Assembly (NCBI GenBank): GCA_051294905.1
Contig: CM119371.1
Location: forward strand, 5,458,001-5,522,000
DNA length: 64,000 nt
Origin: Botryllus schlosseri
Lineage: Eukaryota
Reading direction: 5' to 3'
Of this stretch, positions 58,798 to 64,000 are shown piece after piece. Below the pieces are notes generated by a model, which made no database searches, had not been told where the DNA came from, and saw only the letters and a program-made list of their open reading frames with translations. Position 1 is the first letter of the stretch, and every line of letters begins with the position of its first letter. Both the position numbers and the translations under genes were made by a program.

Positions 58798-61090
58798 CAA
58801 GGGCGTAGCCAGAAAAAATATTTGGGGGGGGCGAAAAATTCGATGACGTAAATGAGCCCCTCCCACCTAAAGATAAGGAAAAATGGGCTAAAACGATGGT
58901 CTTGGGCCCTTATTGGATGATTAACACAACATCTGAGGCGATCTTTATTCATATATTCCGCTCATATAAAGTGATGTGTGATTGTAGAAAACTCTGACGT
59001 CAATACTTTCGCGCGAAGCGCGAAAATTTTTTGGTTAAAGAATGAAAATTGTTCATCATATTGTTACTTGCATATTGCAAATACATTGTCATTATCAGAT
59101 TTACCGGCAAAGCTGATAGAAGTGGTGTCATCGAACATTCAGGGCTAGTACACTTGAACTATGTTCATAACACACGGCAAGACTATTTAGAGCAGTGGTT
59201 CTCAACCGGTGATCCGCAAAGCCTTTTCAAGGGATCCACGAAAACTCCAAATTTGCAAAATGGTTGATAACCTAATAATAATAAACTAATTTTGGTTTGT
59301 TTTAAATTAGAGAGATGATGAAGCACTTTCGCTTCATAACTGCTGAAAGTTCAGGACTCACATAAACAGAGAAAGGCCGTCTGAGATGAAATATTCGACC
59401 GTGCAAAGTCATTTTAATTGCCAATAGCCTACTTGTACGAGCACATTGCTGTTTAGGGATGTTTTGCTGGGGTTTTGGAAATAATTCTATGCCGAGATCC
59501 ATTTTCTCCTATGAAATACGCCGACCCCTATTCCAGAATAACTTCACGATGAGCTGCTAGATAGAAATGACTAGGCTGGAGGATATATTGATCCATGTAT
59601 ATGCTGCCATCATAGCCAAATGTGTCGTCTGACAAGTTACGCGTAGTTATTACATTCGTCACCACCTATCTCTGTGGAAATGGATTCTCGGCACTCGTTC
59701 ATATCAAATCGACGACGTGGATTTTCAAGACATAGCCCAGTATTTCAAGAAATGCAGCTACAGAATTCGCTTTAAAATAATAAAAAGTCGGTGTTATTTT
59801 CAAGAAAGGTCATTTCGCTGTTGTTTATCACTAGCCTACAGATAATAATTGCACAAGACAGATGAAGGTTGCATGATAATAGAGGCAAATTTGAAATAAG
59901 AACTGGGGGTCCGCCGGGGTAGCCTACGTGAAGGTGCAAAGAGGGTCCGCGACGACAAAAAGGTTGAGAACCACTGATTTAGAGTTTGTATAGGGTGGAC
60001 GCTGGACGGGACAGTTGTCATTTATTGCTGTTACTTCATGACTTGCGGAGAAAGCTGTCACCACTCAAGAGATCTCTCACACACAAGGTCGTAGCTAGAA
60101 TTACATTTTTTATTGCGGGGGGGGGGGGAATTTTATGAGTTTGGGGAAGCTCTCCCGTGGGAACACCTCGCAGAACCGTACATCCTGCCATGGGCAATTT
60201 CATCACTACCCTTTATTCAAACGATTCTTAGACGCACGCACACACATACCCTATGGAAGCTTCCAGTTGAAAAGCAGTGTGAATATCGGACCTAGTCGCG
60301 CGGAGCGTACATGTTTTTGAGTAAATCAAAGTATTTGATCAATAATATTGGTGCGTGTATATGAGCAAGTGGATTCCATTCTTAATAATTACTTCGTTGA
60401 AGCACGGTTATTTAGTGCTGACCTCTGGTAAAGATTGATGCTAGTTTAGAGATTGGAATTGCTGATATATATACCAGACCAAATTACAAAACTCCTTTGA
60501 TCAGACTCGTGCGATTTCAAATTAGCACTTTTTAAAGGGAGGTGGCGATATTTTCCTGTGCCAGTCGCATTCATGTCGGAGAAGTGTGATTGCAGGGACA
60601 GGATCATTAGGCGCCAGCCATTTAAGTACCCGAAAATCTATATCGAATACATGCGTCGGTCGGTCAATCATTTTGGGAGCGCACTTTGCGGAGTTGCATG
60701 TAACCTACTTTATATGTCTTCGTGTGTCCCGTAACGGGAATTGTCGGAGCTAACAGTCCCCAATCCCCATACTGAACTGACAACCCTAAACTCAATCAAC
60801 CCAACGACCTTGAGTTACTCTCGTGTATCTACTGGTACTGTTGTCTTCTCATAATTAAGAATGCAGCTAAAATCAATTGTGGGTATTTGCGGAAGATTTG
60901 TTTTCGGGACACCGATAATAAAATCAAGACAGTCATGATCATGGACACTAAATCGCGCGAAGCGCGAAGAAACTTTTTAGGTTGCATTCATCTGCCCTAA
61001 AATAATGTCACATTTATTGATTTTACGAAAAATTTTCCTAAAATTTGGGGGGGCGATCGCCCCTTTCGCCCCTCGCTGGCTACGCCAGTG
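58798..61090. mobile_element. Composite non-autonomous hAT element, copy 2 (inverted)
   Basis: TIRs CAAGGGCGTAGCCAG / CTGGCTACGCCAGTG. Exact TSD CGTGACTT. Confidence 0.95.
59193..59976 (+). mobile_element. Charlie/Buster-type derivative nested in composite copy 2
   Basis: Same TIRs, same position and same TSD (ATTTAGAG) as in copy 1. Remnant LRVVITFVTTYLCGNGFSALVHIKS. Confidence 0.92.
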
Positions 61091-62078
61091 CGTGACTTGA
61101 TGGCTTATTGTGAAGGCAATCTTTGTAGCCTGCATGCCTTGTTTTCATCGAGGGAAAGCACAAAAACACGATAAGAAATATTGCAAAGGCGCTTATGCAA
61201 GTGGCGAACGAGCTTCTAGTTTCAGAGGGCGATGTCCCATGATTGAATACAAATATAAAACTTGACATTGACTCTACTGTGCCTGATCTTATCTTGTCGT
61301 AGTAGCATATATAATTGAAGTCTTAAAAGCTGTACGGGCTGGATGAATCAGCCATTTATGCTTGGCACATGTCACATTCTTGCAGCATAACGAATCATAC
61401 CCGCGAGTGCTGTCTAAGTCCTCAATGATGCCCCGGAAGAAGGTCTAAAGGCAAGCATAGACTATGCTGGTAGGACCAGCCAGAAGACTGTTCGCTTGCA
61501 TTGTTTAGTATGTCCATAATGAATCTTAGATCATTACCGGCTGCTGCACGACTAATGCTCGAATCAAACCAGACATGGACATAAAAAAGAATGTATTGAA
61601 GCGATGCGGTAGTTACATTTCTTTAGAGTCCCAATGCAAGCTACCTGGTCGGTCCACATATCTTCTGACCATACAGGATTGTGTCCTGAACCTATCGTTA
61701 TCTAGTTTTAACACTAAAAATTCAATGACCAAGTGTCTCATTTTAGTATTTAATCACCAACGTACAATACGCTTACAGAATCATCATTGTTGTTAGCGTA
61801 CTTCTTGAACTAGTAGACGCACATAATCAGCAAGCCGCCGTGGTCGTCATCATTGAAGCATATCTGATTAACCAATCAAAAGACGTGATTTCGTGATTAC
61901 TAGTCTTCTCGCCGTTCTATGGTCGCTAACACGCCCACTCTATGGCAGCTACTTTCAAATCCATTTAGAAAAATGCTAACGACTTTCCTGTAAGCTTATT
62001 GCAGGTTCATTGACGTTTTTTATCAATAATCTACAAAATGAGAAATGGAGAGATTTTTTCAAATTTTGGACAACCCTA

Positions 62079-64000
62079 ATAGTTAGCTTTATATTCGTTA
62101 TTCGATTCAGGATATCTGTTCATTTTGGTGAATTAATCTGTATTTTACATAGTCAGCAAAATGTAATGACTTTTCAGTTTACAACATCACTCTCACTTCA
62201 AAAATTCAGTTTGACTTGAGTCATGACTTGACGCGTGACTTGGCTTGACTTGATTAACATCCGAAATTGAGTGACTAGAATTGACTCGAGTCGCCTTCGA
62301 AAATCGATTGACCTGACTTGACTCGAGTCAAAATTTGCAATGACTCGAGATGACTCATGACTCGAAGGTAGAGGCTTGATCCCAACACTGGCTCAAATAC
62401 AGATTCTAATCTAATCTGTAAAAGTTTGTATACTCTCATTTTATTTCTTATCAGCTGTCTGGTTTTATTGAAAATGTTACGGGAGAACTGTACCGTGTGA
62501 AACGAGCCAGGATTGATGTACACACATTTTCATGAGTGTGAGAATGAGCTCTGAGTTGATATCAGGTTAAATTGATTCGACTACAAAGTTTTCACGAATT
62601 CCATATCAGTAACTTCAAGTCTAATCTAATTTGGAAATTTGAAAAATGTTAACTAGCGAGCTAACTTTAAAAAAGCTGAAAGCTTTCTAGTTGTCCAAGT
62701 CTGCCCTCACAAAATAAATTCTAACATGTTCACCGGAAACACTTATTGGTGATTATCATATTGTTGTGGATAGAAAAGGACCCAAACGTGGTGAATTGAT
62801 CCCCACACTGGCTACAATTGACGACAGGACTAAAATTGAAGATTTTAGAACATACTGCACACAGAGTGGACAATGCCTGATAAATCCTAGTTTTCAAATT
62901 GGTTCCATTTTTATAGGCCTCATTTCATTTTGAACTTCTGCAATCAAAACGAGATGGAAGAATTTTGTATGGCAATTTAGCATATTTATGAAAATAGTTA
63001 ATGAAAGCTATGTATATGACTTTTTGTATTCCCGGAACCATTCAATATGATTTCAACAATTTTAATTCCAATTTTATATCTTTTAACTTAGTGCCCGCAT
63101 GAGCTCCCCCATGTGTAATCAGTAGATCTGAATCGAGTATTAGGCTTCGAGTCAAGTTAGGGATTTGAGTATCCTTCATTATGATGACATAACAATACGA
63201 AAGATGTGTTAAGTTCAGATATGTACCATTTATGCGATCACGAAGTGTATAATGCCAGTTTTATACACAATAAAGATAGCTTGGTGTTTTTAGACCATAA
63301 CCATTTCATTCAATTTTTGACAACAATTCGTGTTTTAAATCCTTTCACAGAAGAAAATAGCATCGAAACTCGAATTCTCGTTGGTAAGTTACGAGTGACG
63401 AGGATCATAGGATTTCGAAACTCAAAAAAAAAAATCCCTTATTGTCCTAATCAAATCATTAAAATCTATGTGCTCACTGTCCAGCCCTAGCAATTACTAT
63501 TGTAGGATTTGTAGCGCTTTACGGATCATCTTTGGAGCTTACCAAAATTTACCATCACGGGACTCAAATATCGTTTTTGGTTTCACAAGGCGTAGTTAAC
63601 TATGCAAGACTGCAACTGTGCAATGATACAGGCTCATGAACCCGCTCAATCCAGTTTTAAAGATGGAATGTCCTATTGGAAATAGTATTATTTTTCATAA
63701 TCCAACATTTCGTACCCTGCTACTTCTATGGGTTGGAGTTGATGAATATGCATCATTCAATATTTTTGTAGACAACCTAACCATTCCATGTGGGAGCCGA
63801 TACAATTTCAATGAAACTTTTTATTGTTGTTAAAAATCAATAATTTTCTACCATATTACTTTTCGCTTAACAAACTTGGTATTTTCATCAACTAGCCAGT
63901 AAAATTTGAAAACAAAATTGATTTTCAAACAACCCCAAAAGTCTGTCTACTTTACAAAGCCCAATTATTATAACACTGTAATACGAGCAGGATCGTTGGC
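62079..64000 (+). repeat. Segmental duplicate of 14496-15955 (region upstream of ZNF-C), runs off the window
   Basis: Collinear, with an extra block of about 325 bp at about 62793-63116. Confidence 0.88.

Larger units (their letters stand above)
58058..62078. mobile_element. Probable hATm-like element (about 1.7 kb plus nested composite)
   Basis: TAGGGCTGTTCAAAA / TTTTGGACAACCCTA ends. The left subterminal region aligns with the palindromic MITE arm. TSD not matched. Confidence 0.5.

Overview
AT-rich (roughly 35-40% GC by eye) invertebrate metazoan genomic DNA; a tunicate is plausible but cannot be shown from sequence alone. There are no prokaryotic features. The gene content is a minus-strand cluster of three single-coding-exon poly-C2H2 zinc-finger ORFs (2144-3151, 10163-11608, 54898-56025). 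They have non-canonical (T/A)GVKN(Y/H) linkers, no recognisable effector domain, and show finger duplication and 3' erosion. An unprocessed, multiply disabled Polo-like kinase 1 (PLK1-type) pseudogene lies at about 43859-53640 (minus) with tandemly duplicated or triplicated kinase exons; the ORF track captures only fragments of it. Most of the rest is transposable elements, many delimited exactly by TIRs and TSDs. (1) Many hAT non-autonomous elements. (2) A six-level nested stack at 22413-34242: hAT > LINE 5' end > MULE/foldback > EnSpm-type > SINE > 8-bp-TSD element. (3) A family of GG-terminated 8-bp-TSD elements with telomere-like cores. (4) Penelope-like fragments with minimal hammerhead ribozymes. 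(5) tRNA-derived SINEs and a CR1/L2-type LINE. (6) A Gypsy-type LTR element (34942-42081) whose 379-bp LTRs look identical although its pol survives only as ghost motifs. A composite hAT-in-hAT element is present twice in inverted orientation, each copy with its own TSD. All alignments were done by eye; no database searches were run.
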